Shown here: one piece after another, positions 1 to 12,809 of the stretch
How the letters are laid out: every line of letters begins with the position of its first letter
Numbering within the stretch: position 1 is the first letter of the stretch
Notes under the pieces: model-generated
What the model was told of the DNA's origin: nothing
The model's input: only the letters and a program-made list of their open reading frames with translations
Databases searched by the model: none
Made by a program: the position numbers and the translations under genes
Source: the human T2T-CHM13v2.0 reference genome, Homo sapiens
Length of the DNA: 64,000 nt
Strand: one strand, 5' to 3'
NCBI RefSeq assembly: GCF_009914755.1
Contig: NC_060926.1

Positions 1-850
1 TGCTGGCAGGTCGTCTCTGCAGCTCTCAGTGAAGAGGGTGCTCCTCTCTGCAGCTGGTCAAGGATGGTCCTGTCATCTCTCTGTCCTCTTTGTCCTCTGG
101 CCATGCTCTGCCCTGTTCTGGCTGAGCCCAGGGCTTTTATTGACCGCAGAGGGGAGGAAGTGCATGCCCATTGGTCCATGGGCGGCCAGCAAGAGGCACC
201 AGAAGTCTCCACTCCTGTCAGTGGGACTGGCAGCCCAGCCCCCAGCCATTCCGTGGCCTGTGGGTGGGGCCTTACTGGGGACCCCAACCCCACTCCAAGA
301 TCAGAGCAGACGCTGGGAGGAGAGAGGCCAGGCTGTGGGAGCAGACAACTCTGAGCCTGCAGGAACAGGGTTGGGGGATACTTCCTGGGGCCCCCGAGGG
401 TGCAGGCTGCAGAGATGCCCCAGTCCTGTGCCTGGGAGGGCAGCCACAGCTGCACCCGGGAGCTCACGCCCTGCCAACTTGGAAGAGGCAGGGCCCACAC
501 TTGTCCCGGCTCCTAGTTGCTTCCTGGAGTGGGAAGCCCAGGTCTGCAGCCGGGTGTCCAGCAGCTGCGGCTGCACATGGAAGGGCAGATCCTGCCCATT
601 CCTCACTCCCTACAAGAGCACAGGGAGGCTCGATCCATAGCTACAGTTTAGGGAGCTGTAGCCCCGCCCTCCTGGGTAGGGCTCCTGACTGCTCCGTGGA
701 ACAAAAGACCTGGGTCTGCAGTTGCGATTTGGGTGGCTGCAGCGGCAGGGGGAGCTCCCGTCCGGACTCAGAAGACTGACTCCATGGAGTGTGCAGACCC
801 AGGGCGCTTCCGTGCTGCAGCCAGCATGATGGCAGCAGCCACTGCCATTA
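1..850 (-). mobile_element. ERV1 LTR, MER52-like, cut by the window start
   Basis: GC-rich block. The minus strand begins TAATGGCAGTGGCTGCTGCCATCATGCTGGCTGCAGCA and carries CCAAT...CACTTCCTCCCCTCTG...ATAAAAGCCCTGGGCTCAGCCAG, both resembling MER52 LTRs. Confidence 0.75.
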
Positions 851-3014
851 TTAACAGGCTGAAATAAATGAAGAAATAAATATAATAATAATTGTGGTTT
901 ACCAGTTTGGGTGCCTTATTTCTCCTACTTGTGAGTTCTTTAGTGGATTTTCTTCTATATCTCCATAATTTTAATTTTTTAAAAACCTAATACTTAGTTT
1001 TTGGCAAAAACCAATATATCATCACAGTGGTTCTGGATAATTTGAGTTTGGTTCATTGAAGCTGAGTTTTGTGATTAACGCTTTTGCTCTGGATCACGTG
1101 TTTAACTCTATCATGTTCTGTTTGCTTACATTTTGGAGGTTTATTTCGATTTCAAGATATTTCATTTTGGTTTACCGCCTTGCTTTGTAGTTCATGTTTC
1201 CTTTTCTTCACTCAAAATCAAGACTGTAAAGAAGTTTTCTCACAAGTCATGGACCGATATTTTAAAAATCATCGCAATAAATAAAAGGCTGAAAATTGGA
1301 ATATGTGTAAGGTGAAATCTTTCTTCCTCACACCTCTAAGAAGCAAGAATGCGACTGTTAACTGCCTACAGCACAGACAGGAACAGTGAATGCACGGCGC
1401 TGTCATGAGCACGTGAATGAGATTGGCACTTCGAGAGAAGCAGGCCTGTGCACTGGATCCTTGGGGAAAGGATGTTGTTGCCTGGCTGATGACCTCTTCT
1501 TACACTATATCTAATGTGTTAAAATGTTACAAGGAGAAAGAAATGCTACAGTAAGCCAAGGCTGGATCACACTGTGGGGCATTTTGACTAGCTCCAGCTC
1601 CGCATAGCTCAGATAAGTGATCGCATTAGAGCATAGAATGGATGCTTTCATGCTAGTACCACCTTCAAGTTCCTGAGTACTTTTTCCCCAATACCCTCTG
1701 CCTCTCAAGCCTGCCTATGCACTTGTCTGTTTTGAAAAATGTGTAAAAAGATGGCAAGAAGCTCTTATCAATAAAGCACATAGTTTTGACCTAGATACTT
1801 TCATATGAGAAGGAAAAAAAAGATAAGGCAAAATTCAGAAGAAAGCAGGGAATCAAGACTAAGGCTTGAACATGTATCTTTTGAAAAGGAATGGATTTCT
1901 CAATGGATTCCTTTTTAAGTGCCAGAAGAAACAATGAGAAACAAATGACATAATGCCTGGGAACCTCTTACTGCTCGGCAAATAGTAAATGCTTAATGCA
2001 TTTTTGCTGCTGTTAGGTGAAGAAGGGACACATGATTTGTAGTATAAATTTAGGATAAATGATATCTGAAGGCAATATGAGAGTCACCAAGTTTTTGAGA
2101 TCTTGTTCTGGATTACTGTTTAGCCGCTAAGAGATGGAACTTCACATTGCATGTGGATTACCTGTGTCATAGGTGATTCTATCAGCTAAAGGTAAAAGGT
2201 TTTCTTTTCTGTAGGCAGATTAACAATATCTACATGTATAGCGGAACATAAATAAGCATAAGGCTGGAAAGTTAATTTACAGCTCAAATGAGCAAATTCA
2301 ATTTTCTTTACATACACACTTTATAACCTGAACAAATACCTATTTTCTTATTTTATTTTATTTTTATTTTTAGGCTGTGCTTCATCTTGGTCAAAAATGC
2401 CTATTTTCTATAAAAAAAAGTTCTTTTAAAAATATGTTTTTCAACTTGATAGGCATCAAAAGCCTTGAAGTCAAGATGACATTACTTGATGGTTAACAAA
2501 ATCCCTGGCCCCTGCGTTGGGTTCTTGAAGTTCGTAGTTATTTTCAGCCGTTATTTAATACATCTGTTAGCCCTGGCATCATGAAAAGGTAACCAAAAAT
2601 ATATTTCTCTAGAAACAAACCAAACTAGAATTTTATAAATTACTCACTCTGATCGTTAACAATAATCACGAACATTAAAGCAAATTTAATCAAGTTAAAT
2701 AGAATAGAACATGAATAGAAATGTCCAATTATTCCCTTTTTTTGTAATCGGTTCTAAGAAAATTGCCACTTTCATGAAATGCCATGAAAAAAGAAAAGAA
2801 AAATTTCGTAATGGAAAGTGAACTTTAAAAAAAGTCAACAAGTCAACATTGCAATTATCCTGTGGCCTTTTAATATTTTAATCATATATTTTTAATCACC
2901 TAAGTTAATGTATGTTTTTTAAAAGTTGAAAATCAAAAAAACTTAGAAAATAAAAAATAGGATAACTACCTGAAACATAGATTTTTTCCTAATATTTTCC
3001 GATGCAACATTTTC

Positions 3015-3320
3015 TTTTTTCTTTTTTTTTTTTTTTTTGAGACGGAGTTTTGCTCTTACTGCCCAGGCTGGAATGCAGTGGCACAATCCTCAGCTCACTG
3101 CAACCTCTGCCTCCCAGGTTCAAGTGATTTGCCTGCCTCAGCCTCCTGAGTAGCTGAGATTACAGGCGCCTGCCACCATGCCCAGCTAATTTTTGTATTT
3201 TTAGTAGAGACAAGGTTTCCATGTAGGCCAGGCTGATCTCGAACTTCTGACCTCAGGTGATCTGCCTGCCTCGGCCTCCCAAAGTGCTGGGATTACAGGT
3301 GTGAGCCACAGGGCACGGCC
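3015..3320 (-). mobile_element. AluS (Sq/Sp/Sx-like), full length
   Basis: Poly-T followed by GAGACGGAGTTTTGCTCTT...GTGAGCCAC. TSD TGCAACATTTTC at 3003-3014 and 3325-3336. Confidence 0.95.
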
Positions 3321-4303
3321 TCTGTGCAACATTTTCAACATGATTGAGGTTAAAAAAAATAGTTTATATTGTCAATATTTACCAATGACATTAAATATTC
3401 TTCTGTGTGAATGTTCAGTTTGAATGTTATTATATTGTGTTAGTTTCTAAGATTTTTTAAACTGGGTTTTTATTGATTGAATATTTAGTTTTGCTCTATT
3501 ACAAAATTTTGTACAATTAACATATTTTTGTGTGTGCCGTGATTGGTTGACTTTATAGAGCAAAGTTATACCTCATTATTCTTTCAGTGGATTCCTTAAA
3601 AACTTTTAGGTTTTTCTGGGGGGCGGGGGTGAAAACACTGATATATTATAAATACATTTTAAAGTGAACGGTTACCTTTATCTTTTTAAAAATATAAACT
3701 TGAATTTCCATATATTGGGATTAAAGTACAATAATAAATTATAGCTTTGTAGGAGATCAGGTTAAATTTACTATGCTAAATGTAAAAGGCAGCAGGCAAG
3801 AACATCTAATCATTTCGTTCCTTAAAAAATTGACCTTGGCTAGAAAGAACTGTTTTGTCTTCCTCTGTGAATACAAAATAAGGAAACATTTTCTTCAATT
3901 ACCTCTTTCAGCATTTTTTGGCAGTTTTATGATTTTGTAAATAAATGAATGACCATTTGCCTTTTTCAAAAAACACTCTTGTTTTATCTTAATATTTTTT
4001 TCCTATTAGAGAAAGAGAGTGTGTGTGTATGTGTGGTTCTAGCATTTCTTTTGAGTGTTTGATTACTTCTATGATCCTTTTTGTGTGTAATTGCAATGAC
4101 TTTCCTTCTTTAATGTCTGCTTTCCTTAGTCTCCCTCTGTCTCTGCTCCGTGTTTTATTTCCTAATAAGCCACAGTCAATCTTTGTGCTCATGTTTTCTC
4201 CTTCTGAATATATTCTTTCCTGTGACCCCAGACACTAATTATTGAACTTCAAACTATTTATTGAACTTCAAACATGCATAGATCTGTGTTGGAAGTTGTG
4301 AGG

Positions 4304-4490
4304 CACTGGTTCTTAAACTTTAATATGTAGAAGAATCACTGGGAGCTCATTTAAATGCAGGTTCCAGGTCACTGTTTACTGAATTTCTGATTCAGTAGGT
4401 CTGGGGTGAAACTTGGCAATCTGTGTTTTAAAAAATTGCTCTGCACGATCTGAGACATGTGGTCCCTGAATCACACTGTCAAATGGTATG
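4304..4490. mobile_element. MER5-like hAT-Charlie MITE
   Basis: GGTTCTTAAACTT...GAATCACTGGGAGCT...TTCTGATTCAGTAGGTCTGGGGTG, the MER5A/B core. Confidence 0.75.
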
Positions 4491-6899
4491 TTCAAATAAA
4501 TATGAGCCCTAGACTTCCATGAGGTTGTGAATGTCAGTGGCCCTATTTTAGAGAAAGCTTCTTAAAGCAAGAAGATATTGAGCTGGGCCTTGAGGGTAGA
4601 ATTTTATTCTTTTGAGAGAAGGTCACAGTTAATTTTAAGGATAAACAGACTGTGTTACAGACCCCTGTCATCTTCCATCTTTGCTGATTGGAGCCACCTC
4701 TGTAACTTCAGTTTGTTTGTATTCCATTAACTGACTTTGTTTTCTATTGTCTAATCCAGGAATGTAACACTTTTCAAATAATTCACAGGATAGAAAAAAT
4801 ATATAAGAAATTTCTAAATGGCATGACCCCATCACTAAATCATCATAAAAATGAGAATACCCTATTAGATAATAGGGAACTTAGTTAAATAGGGAACTTA
4901 AAAAAGTTATCTAGTGATAAGATCTCTAGTAAATAGAAATATCTAGTTCTCTAGTATGTAGACCGCCTATGTAAGCGAACAGATGAAAGATATAAAAGGG
5001 AAATGGCTAAGGAGAGACAACTTAAAGGTAGTTAATGCCACCAAAAAATACCTGTTATGTACACTAAGCTATTTTCACTTGATACTTTTTGTTATTGGCA
5101 ACCAAAACCGAAATTCAAGAAACAATCCCATTTTCCAAAAGTGCTTTGTTCTGAGAGTTATTTTCCAAGGTTTCTATATTTTATTGTCAGTTGAGTTTAT
5201 TCTCATCTAAAATGAGCACAGGATATATTTATCAATTGCATTTTGCTTATGCTCTTTTCAATAATTTCTAGTTGTTAACAGGACATGTTGACATTGGCTT
5301 TCTCATTTTTAAATATCTTGTATGGAACAGTAGTTGTTATGTTTAAAAAATCAGAGGCTGAGATATTATCAGTGAATGCTTTTTAGTTATATATCTTTTT
5401 GATCAGCTGAAATAATGATCACCTATTCCATGATATAAAATGTGGGAATACCATAAATGTCATTAATTATCCAAACTGAATTGATTTCTTTACAATTTAC
5501 TTTCAACTGAAGAACAATGGGAGAATTAGTTGCCTAATGCTTGAATAGAAGCCATTGTAATAATGGAGAGAATTGGAGGTATATAATTGGTATTGATTCA
5601 AATTGTACAAAACCCATATTACCTAATTTTATGGCGGTGGACAATGCCTATTTCTTCTTAAAATATTAATAGACTTAGGATTCTGGTAAAGAGGGTAGAG
5701 AAGGCATTTAGGTAAATTGAAATAAGGCACTTAGTCTTCTAAGAAAGATGTATGCTGGACATGACTCAGAAACACTTTCGGGGGCTTGGGAATTATATGG
5801 CTGCTCTGTAACTTACAGAAAACCAAACATACCTCTTTACCTGATTGCTGAAACATTTGCACAGAACGCAGTTTTAACTACATAAAATTTTATTTTCTAA
5901 TTATTTTTAAGCATTTGGTATTTCTTTATCAAAATACTCAGTTGCATTATGTAAAACGAGGTGCTTTTGGGGATCCATGGATAAAAACACCGAATGGAAG
6001 TCAGGAGACTTGGATGTCTGTCTGTTTCATTGTGTGATCTTTAGGGCCTAGAACAGTGCTCGGCATGTAGTAGTTACTGAATAAGAATTTCCAGAATTAA
6101 TGCACGAATATGTTTCTGACCCTGTTACCTTTACAAGGATATAAAAAATGTAAGTTCTTCTTTCTTAAATTTAACTTCTATTTTAAGCCCTTATTCCTTT
6201 GGGCAAGATAAAACATGTTCCTAATCAATGTCAGGTACATCCTATGTCCCACTGGAGTTACAGCCAAGTACTCAGGAGTTTGTGGAGTGTCAAGGTATTG
6301 GATCAGCTGTCTCACCCTCAGGGTCATCCGTAGGTGAGGGCATCCTGAGAGATGCCTGTTGACCCAGCTGGTCCCAGCTCTTGGTGCATGCAGGTCTGTG
6401 CTGAGTTGGTCCTTGGGCTTTCATATTACAATGGCTGACTGAGCACATGCTATAGCCTCCCTCTCCTGGAAGGCTGGGAATGATAGAGAAGATATTTTAA
6501 ATAAATAAATATCTATATAGCTGAGTTCAAATATTGGAAACTTTTAGTGGATCAAGAACTGTAAGTAATCCTCAAAGGATAGGACTGGATTGAAGAAGGC
6601 CTTCTGTGAGTGCCAACAGCATTAGACCTAAGCCAGGGCAATGAGGGGCTGACTTCTGGGAGCAGCAGCCAGGTCACATACCAGCTGTCACACCCCTCCC
6701 TGGACTCGGACACTTACTGTGGTTTTCTGTATCCAGTTGAGAGCAGCAAGTGTAGGAGCTTGGTTTCAGGGGTCTAGGGTGGTACCCACGGTGAGATTCA
6801 TGGAGCACATGTATATCCATAGCCTGGAGGAATACAGTCTGCCCATTCCCATGCCTAGGTGATCGGCTCTGGAAGTGACCGTCAACAGCAACACCCTAC

Positions 6900-7140
6900 C
6901 ACTGTCCTTGAATACTCTGTCCAGATGCCCCCTATGGCCTCTGCCTGACTAGTGGATGGCACAAGCAGAAACAGCAGACAGTCCAAAAGGGGATTTCAAC
7001 TATAAATAGGAGCACACCATCAAGACTCCACAAACATTTGAGGAAAGTGTACACTGTAAAGGAAAATAAACTCACAGCCACCCTGAAATGGAAAGGATTC
7101 ATTCTGAGATGTGAGAAATTGTGAAAAGCTTTATAAATAC
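6900..7140 (+). mobile_element. Ancient L1M/HAL1 ORF1-start fragment
   Basis: CACAAACATTTGAGGAAAG...AAAGGAAAATAAAC resembles old L1ME/HAL1 sequence. Highly diverged. Confidence 0.3.
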
Positions 7141-7308
7141 ATCAGCTATCTAGATAAATTTCTTCTCAGGAGTCTTTCTTTTTCCCTAGAGCTTTGCTTA
7201 GAAAAGAGATACAGGTTCCCTCCACCTTTTGTGGGAAGTGCTATTCCCCTGTCATCCTCAAAGGCTTAGGGTGACTCTCCATCAGACCTGCCCAGGTCTG
7301 AGTTTGCA

Positions 7309-7417
7309 CTTGGCTAACTGCAACCTCCACCTTCTAGGCTCAAGTGATCCTCCCACCTCAGCCTCCTGAGTACCTGGAACTACATCACCACACCCAACTA
7401 ACTTTTGGATTTTTTTG
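7309..7417 (-). repeat. 109-bp Alu fragment, an inverted copy of 8691-8799
   Basis: Reverse complement of 8691-8799 with one mismatch, including a private deletion. No poly-A tail. Flanked by TTTGCACTTG at 7303-7312 and 7414-7423. Confidence 0.95.
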
Positions 7418-8573
7418 CACTTGTTTTCAAATAAGTTACAGTTATTCATACTGTCTCTTTTGACAATAAATGATATGATTATTATACTCAAAGATTATCT
7501 GAGAGACAGGGACAAGTTCCTGGGACCCTTTTCTCAGAGTCTTGTGACTGCGACACACTGTTTCCCCTTTAAAGTCCCTGCCTTCCTTCAGGCTACGGAG
7601 TCCTGTGAGGAGGAGGGTTGGGGATGGAGAGACTAGTTTTTCCTCCTCAAGGAATCTGCCAAGCCTATTGCCTGTCCACTGAGTCCCTTCTTTGGACTCT
7701 TTCTTCCCTCTATTTTCTGCTAAAGCCGTCCTAATCTTAAATGACAAATCTAGAATGGCATAGGCGGATCAAATGGGGGAGAAACAATAGGTAAAATGTG
7801 GAGTCGTAATAGGAAACACACACACACGTTAATATTTTAAACATGGTTACATGACAGCCCACTTAGTATCCATATGGCCTTTGGGAAAATCACTTATTTT
7901 AAGCATCTGTGCTGTAATCTGAAAAGTACCAGAATTGTAAGATTTCACTGAACTCTCATAATAAAATCATCAAGCTTAGAGTTTAAAGGAACTTTGGAGA
8001 TGAATTAGCTCAACCTTCCACCCCCTATAGGCCTTCTTTCCAAATATCTTTGCCATGTGATTATCCAGCCACTGAAAGGAAATGTTAAAGAATAAAGTAA
8101 GAAGAGGAGTTAAGAATAACAATAATTTGTAAAAAATAAATTTAAAAGGTGTGTTGGATGGAAAAGAATTCAGGAGACACTGTGTGGACATGTGTAACAT
8201 GGGCATCCTGTCCTCCGGAAAGACATTTAAGATGTTTTGCAACTCACTGAGGAATAGATGAAATTAAACAAAACAAAGCAAAAATTTGACCTAGTACTTG
8301 GTTCATAGTAAGTTCACAGTAAATAACAATTTGTTTTTATTTGTTGCTATGGTCATGACGGTGGTGGTGATTCTTTAAGGTCTGGAAAGGACACTGTCTA
8401 CAGAAAGCAAATTATATACAGAAGGCAGATAGTTACTTCCAGATTCGACTACTTCGTGCTTTCCCGTAAATTGCCTGATTATGAGGCAACAGTTCCCAGC
8501 TGATCGACTCCTAATTTTAATGCTCCAGTTTCAAGTATCATCACATTTTAAGGTAAAAGGTCTCTATCCCCAT

Positions 8574-8876
8574 GCTGGGCGCGGTAGCTCACTCCTGTAA
8601 TCCTAGCACTTTGGGAGCCCAAGGTAGGCAGATCACTTGAGCTCAGGAGTTCGAGTACAGCCTAGGCAACATGGTGAAACCCTGTCTCTACAAAAAAATC
8701 CAAAAGTTAGTTGGGTGTGGTGATGTAGTTCCAGATACTCAGGAGGCTGAGGTGGGAGGATCACTTGAGCCTAGAAGGTGGAGGTTGCAGTTAGCCAAGA
8801 TCACACCACTGCACTCCAGCCTGGGTGACAGAGCCACACCCTGTCTCAAACAAACAAAAAAAAAAAAAAAGAAAAA
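8574..8876 (+). mobile_element. AluJ-like, full length
   Basis: GATCACTTGAGCTCAGGAGTTCGAG and GGAGGATCACTTGAGCC (J-type), poly-A tail, TSD GTCTCTATCCCCAT at 8560-8573 and 8877-8890. Confidence 0.93.
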
Positions 8877-11318
8877 GTCTCTATCCCCATAGTTTCTTCC
8901 TTTGACCCCAGTGGTAGGCTGTGTCCCTGTCTGAGTTCCAGGAAGCTAGTCTCCCATTTTCATTTTGCCCCAGCTGCAGATCCCTCCCTGTCTGACTGGG
9001 CCTATATTAAGGGGTCATTGACCTCTACCTCCTGGGTCTTTTGCATCTTTCAAGACAGAATTGTGGCCTCAGTGATCTTGGAGTCTCGTTGAATAGCATT
9101 CTCCAAATTAGGCTCAGAGAAAAGTTTATATTTCTCTTAGGCCTTTGGGCATTCTTGAAAATACTCACTTGCTTCTCTTCTCCACTGTAAATGCAATTTA
9201 CAGCTCCTTAAAATCTACAGCATCTTCTGCAACACTTTCTGCATCTATAATGCAATGTTTCTGCCACCACTGCTTTCACTGGCTCTCCCTCCGCTGTTCA
9301 GATTTGTGGGGTTTTTTTAGCTCAGTTGTATTTATCTCTATATAACAATGTATACCCGTATGATCTACTTTACAGAAAATTAAGATAAGGAAATGCATAC
9401 ATATAAAATAAATAATTTAGGGAGAATTACTAACATTATAAAACTGTGTTTCGCCTCCTAGAGCATTCACTGTAATTTAGTTTTAACAGTGGGTTTTCCT
9501 GGTGTATCTAAAATATAGTTTAACTTTCTTTAAATTATTTGTTTTACACCTAGAAAATAATGTATCGGATGAATATAAGGAATTTGTTTTTCAGATGTGC
9601 ACATATTCCCTAGGCCACAACCAACTGGGAGATATAACTAGAGGTGTGTTAATTATAAAAGCCTCATTGGTGGGCGGGTTGGCATCCCACCTTGTTCCCC
9701 ACTCCACTGCCTCTTAGCCTCACCATGTCCCCGAGCCCTTTTTTATCCCCTGGCAGATCCCAGGTGGCTCACACCTTTCACCATGGCGGTCATGAAAGAC
9801 TTCCTGCTCTGGAGTCTCTGCCCTGTTCCCATTGCAGCCATCCTGCCCCGCAGCATGCAGCTGTAAACCGCCCCATGCTGGAGCCCCTTTCCCATCTCTG
9901 TGGTCCTGGCCTTCTGTTTCTGTTCCATGGCAGCTGACACCGCCCAGGGGAGTTAGGGTGAACGTTTGTCGCATTACTGTCTTCTGATGTTCCTAGTATT
10001 TTAACTCTTTCAATGTCCTGCAGCCTCTGCTTCCTACGTCACTGTAGGCTTGCAAAACCTCTGTTTGGAGGAAGACAGGAGGGACCAGTGAGTGTTTAAC
10101 TCTCTTCTTATTCTGGGTAAGGTCTCTGTGATACAGTGTGAAGAGAAGTCCTCCTGCGTCTTCTCCCCGATCCCCTGTTGGAACACAGAGACAGTCTCCA
10201 TGGCATCTCCTCCCTAGGCCCACTAGGCAGTTTTTGCACCAGATTAGGCTGTTTCTACACTAAATGTTACAACTTGGGGATTCCTCCAGGTATCACCTCA
10301 GGAACTGGAAATGTTTTGCAACAAATCGGGAAAGGGGGATGAGCAGCAAGAGAGGAAGAGAAAGCAATGGTAAAATATTCCTGATTTGGAAATTTTTATT
10401 TTATTCTTATTTTTGGACTGACCCTTATTGCCTCTCGGTGGCCACTTTTACCATGAATGTTTTTGGTTTTGGTGTTGTTTTAAATGAGGCAGCAAATAAA
10501 CGAAACAGAAAATCTCGGGATTTAGAGATTTATCTTCCCTTAGGATATCCCTCCTTCATGAATATTTATAATATAGATCCAGCTAATTCTTTCAAACTGA
10601 AAAGGTAGGTTACTTGAATGTTATTTTTAGTTTGAGTCCAGTCAACAAAGGACATTTTCTACTGTAGATGCTCCTGTTCTGCTAGGGGCCTCTCAGGAGG
10701 GGAGGGGACAGTCCCACTGATGTACCTGCATTTCTTATCTCTTTTCTCACATTGAAAAGAGTTCACAGAGGTGTAAAAAAAATGTGTGATAGACAAGAAA
10801 ACATTGAGTGTATATGTAAAATGAAGGCTTTTCCTTGAATGTACCACACTGAGATAGACCCTAAGCTGCTGGGAGTCAGGACCTTCTCACTGGAGCCTCT
10901 TGAATTTTTGTAGTACCAGAAACACTACTAGGCCTCATGGAGGCCATTGTTTCAGAATTTCATCAGTGAGGTACTATTGATTCAAAAGAGTTCCAGGGAA
11001 TCTTACTCTTAGGGCATTCTTGATCTAAATGCTTTCTCTAAAACTGCTTTCAGTAATGTGAAAAGTCAACCTAAATGTGAAGTATTACTGCTGCTCCTGC
11101 TAGTGCCAGGGAATCATTGTAAAACTCTGAAAAGAGGTAAACTGGCTTTTTCATCAGAGCAAAGCTTTGCTTGTGTATCACAAACGTCCTCTGTCCTGAA
11201 TGACTGCTGCAGTGTGGAACTGGGACCTTAGCCACCGTGGAACTTCAGGACAGCAACAGGAGACTGAAGGAACCATAGAAGTTTTTGTTTTGTTTTGTTT
11301 AAAAAAAGAAAAAGCAAA

Positions 11319-11480
11319 ATTACTTGGGTGGCTGGTGCACACCTGTGGTCCTAGCTACTCAGGAGGCTGAGGTGGAAGGCTTAGTTGAGCCTCGGAGATT
11401 GAGGCTGTAGTGAGTTAAGATCAAGCCACTGCACTCCAGCCTGGGTGACAGAGTGAGATCCTGTCTCACATACACACACA
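11319..11480 (+). mobile_element. Alu right arm only (FRAM or truncated AluJ)
   Basis: CCTGTGGTCCTAGCTACTCAGGAGGCTGAGG...CACTCCAGCCTGGGTGACAGAGTGAGATCCTGTCTC, with AAAAAGCAA on both sides. Confidence 0.85.
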
Positions 11481-12439
11481 AAAAGCAAGTTTCACTTTCC
11501 TATCATCCATCACCTTTAACACTTTTCTACTAATTTTTTTAGAGGGCACTATTTTTCTCCTGTCCCCTGATCCAATAGACACTCTTTGGAGGCATTTCTT
11601 TTGAAAGATTTTCCTACTTTTGAATAACCTTCTTTTCTGTTACTAGACCGCCTTCCAGTGAGACCACATCAGAACAGCTGTTGAGTAGACAGCTTTTGGC
11701 CTCACACTGACCTGTTTTCCATCTACCTCCATGCCCTAGACTTTTGCACCAGTGATGTAATCTTTCTCTTTTCTCTTTCCTGTAATATGGGAATGGTGGT
11801 AGTAATAGTATACACACTATTGGGTTTTACAAGAGGTGAATGAGACAAGCACAAAGAACATGGCTATTTGATCAATGTCCACAAGTGTTATTAGTGCATT
11901 CTTAGCAGAATGAAATATGGAACAAGTCAGCTTCACACATGCATCAAAATCCTTTGCCCAAATTTCTTGTTATTTCAAATGAAACCATCTCTTAAGACAT
12001 AATTGCATGGTTCTGTACCTTCATTTTCTACTTAACTTCATTAATATAGATATGGTTTGCATGCAAATGAGCAGACTTATTATGTACAAGTAACATGGAA
12101 TATATTTGGGAAAAACTTACCGCTTCAGAGGGGAAAAGGCACGGGCTTTAGCAATACTGTGAGAAAATTCTTTAAATCTCCCTCAGTGGATTAAACAAAG
12201 TATCTTTGAGGTTTATTAGAAAATCTTTGTTAGTGAGAAATTACACTTTAAATTTTATTCTTCTTCCTACGAAGTGGAGTTACCATTCAGATTAATAAAT
12301 TCAAATGAGCAGAAATGTTTGAGGGAGGACTGGATTTCTCTGGATTAATATCTACTTTCTGTTTCTTGTATGAAACAATCTTTAAAACTTTTTAGGCTGA
12401 ATATTTATACCTAAGAATTTGCTTGAAAAATCTGAATCT

Positions 12440-12809
<370 letters not shown>

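Noticed and set aside
29-779. ORFs of about 200 aa in several frames
   Set aside because: All lie within the GC-rich MER52-like LTR, where stop codons are rare. No recognisable domain.
2372-2402. Loose resemblance of the micro-insert to the U2 snRNA 5' region
   Set aside because: Too many mismatches over about 27 nt, and part of the match lies in the TSD.
4239-4900. Short direct repeats TTATTGAACTTCAAAC x2 (about 4239-4273) and AATAGGGAACTTA x2 (about 4871-4900)
   Set aside because: Ordinary slippage duplications with only two copies. Not CRISPR-like.
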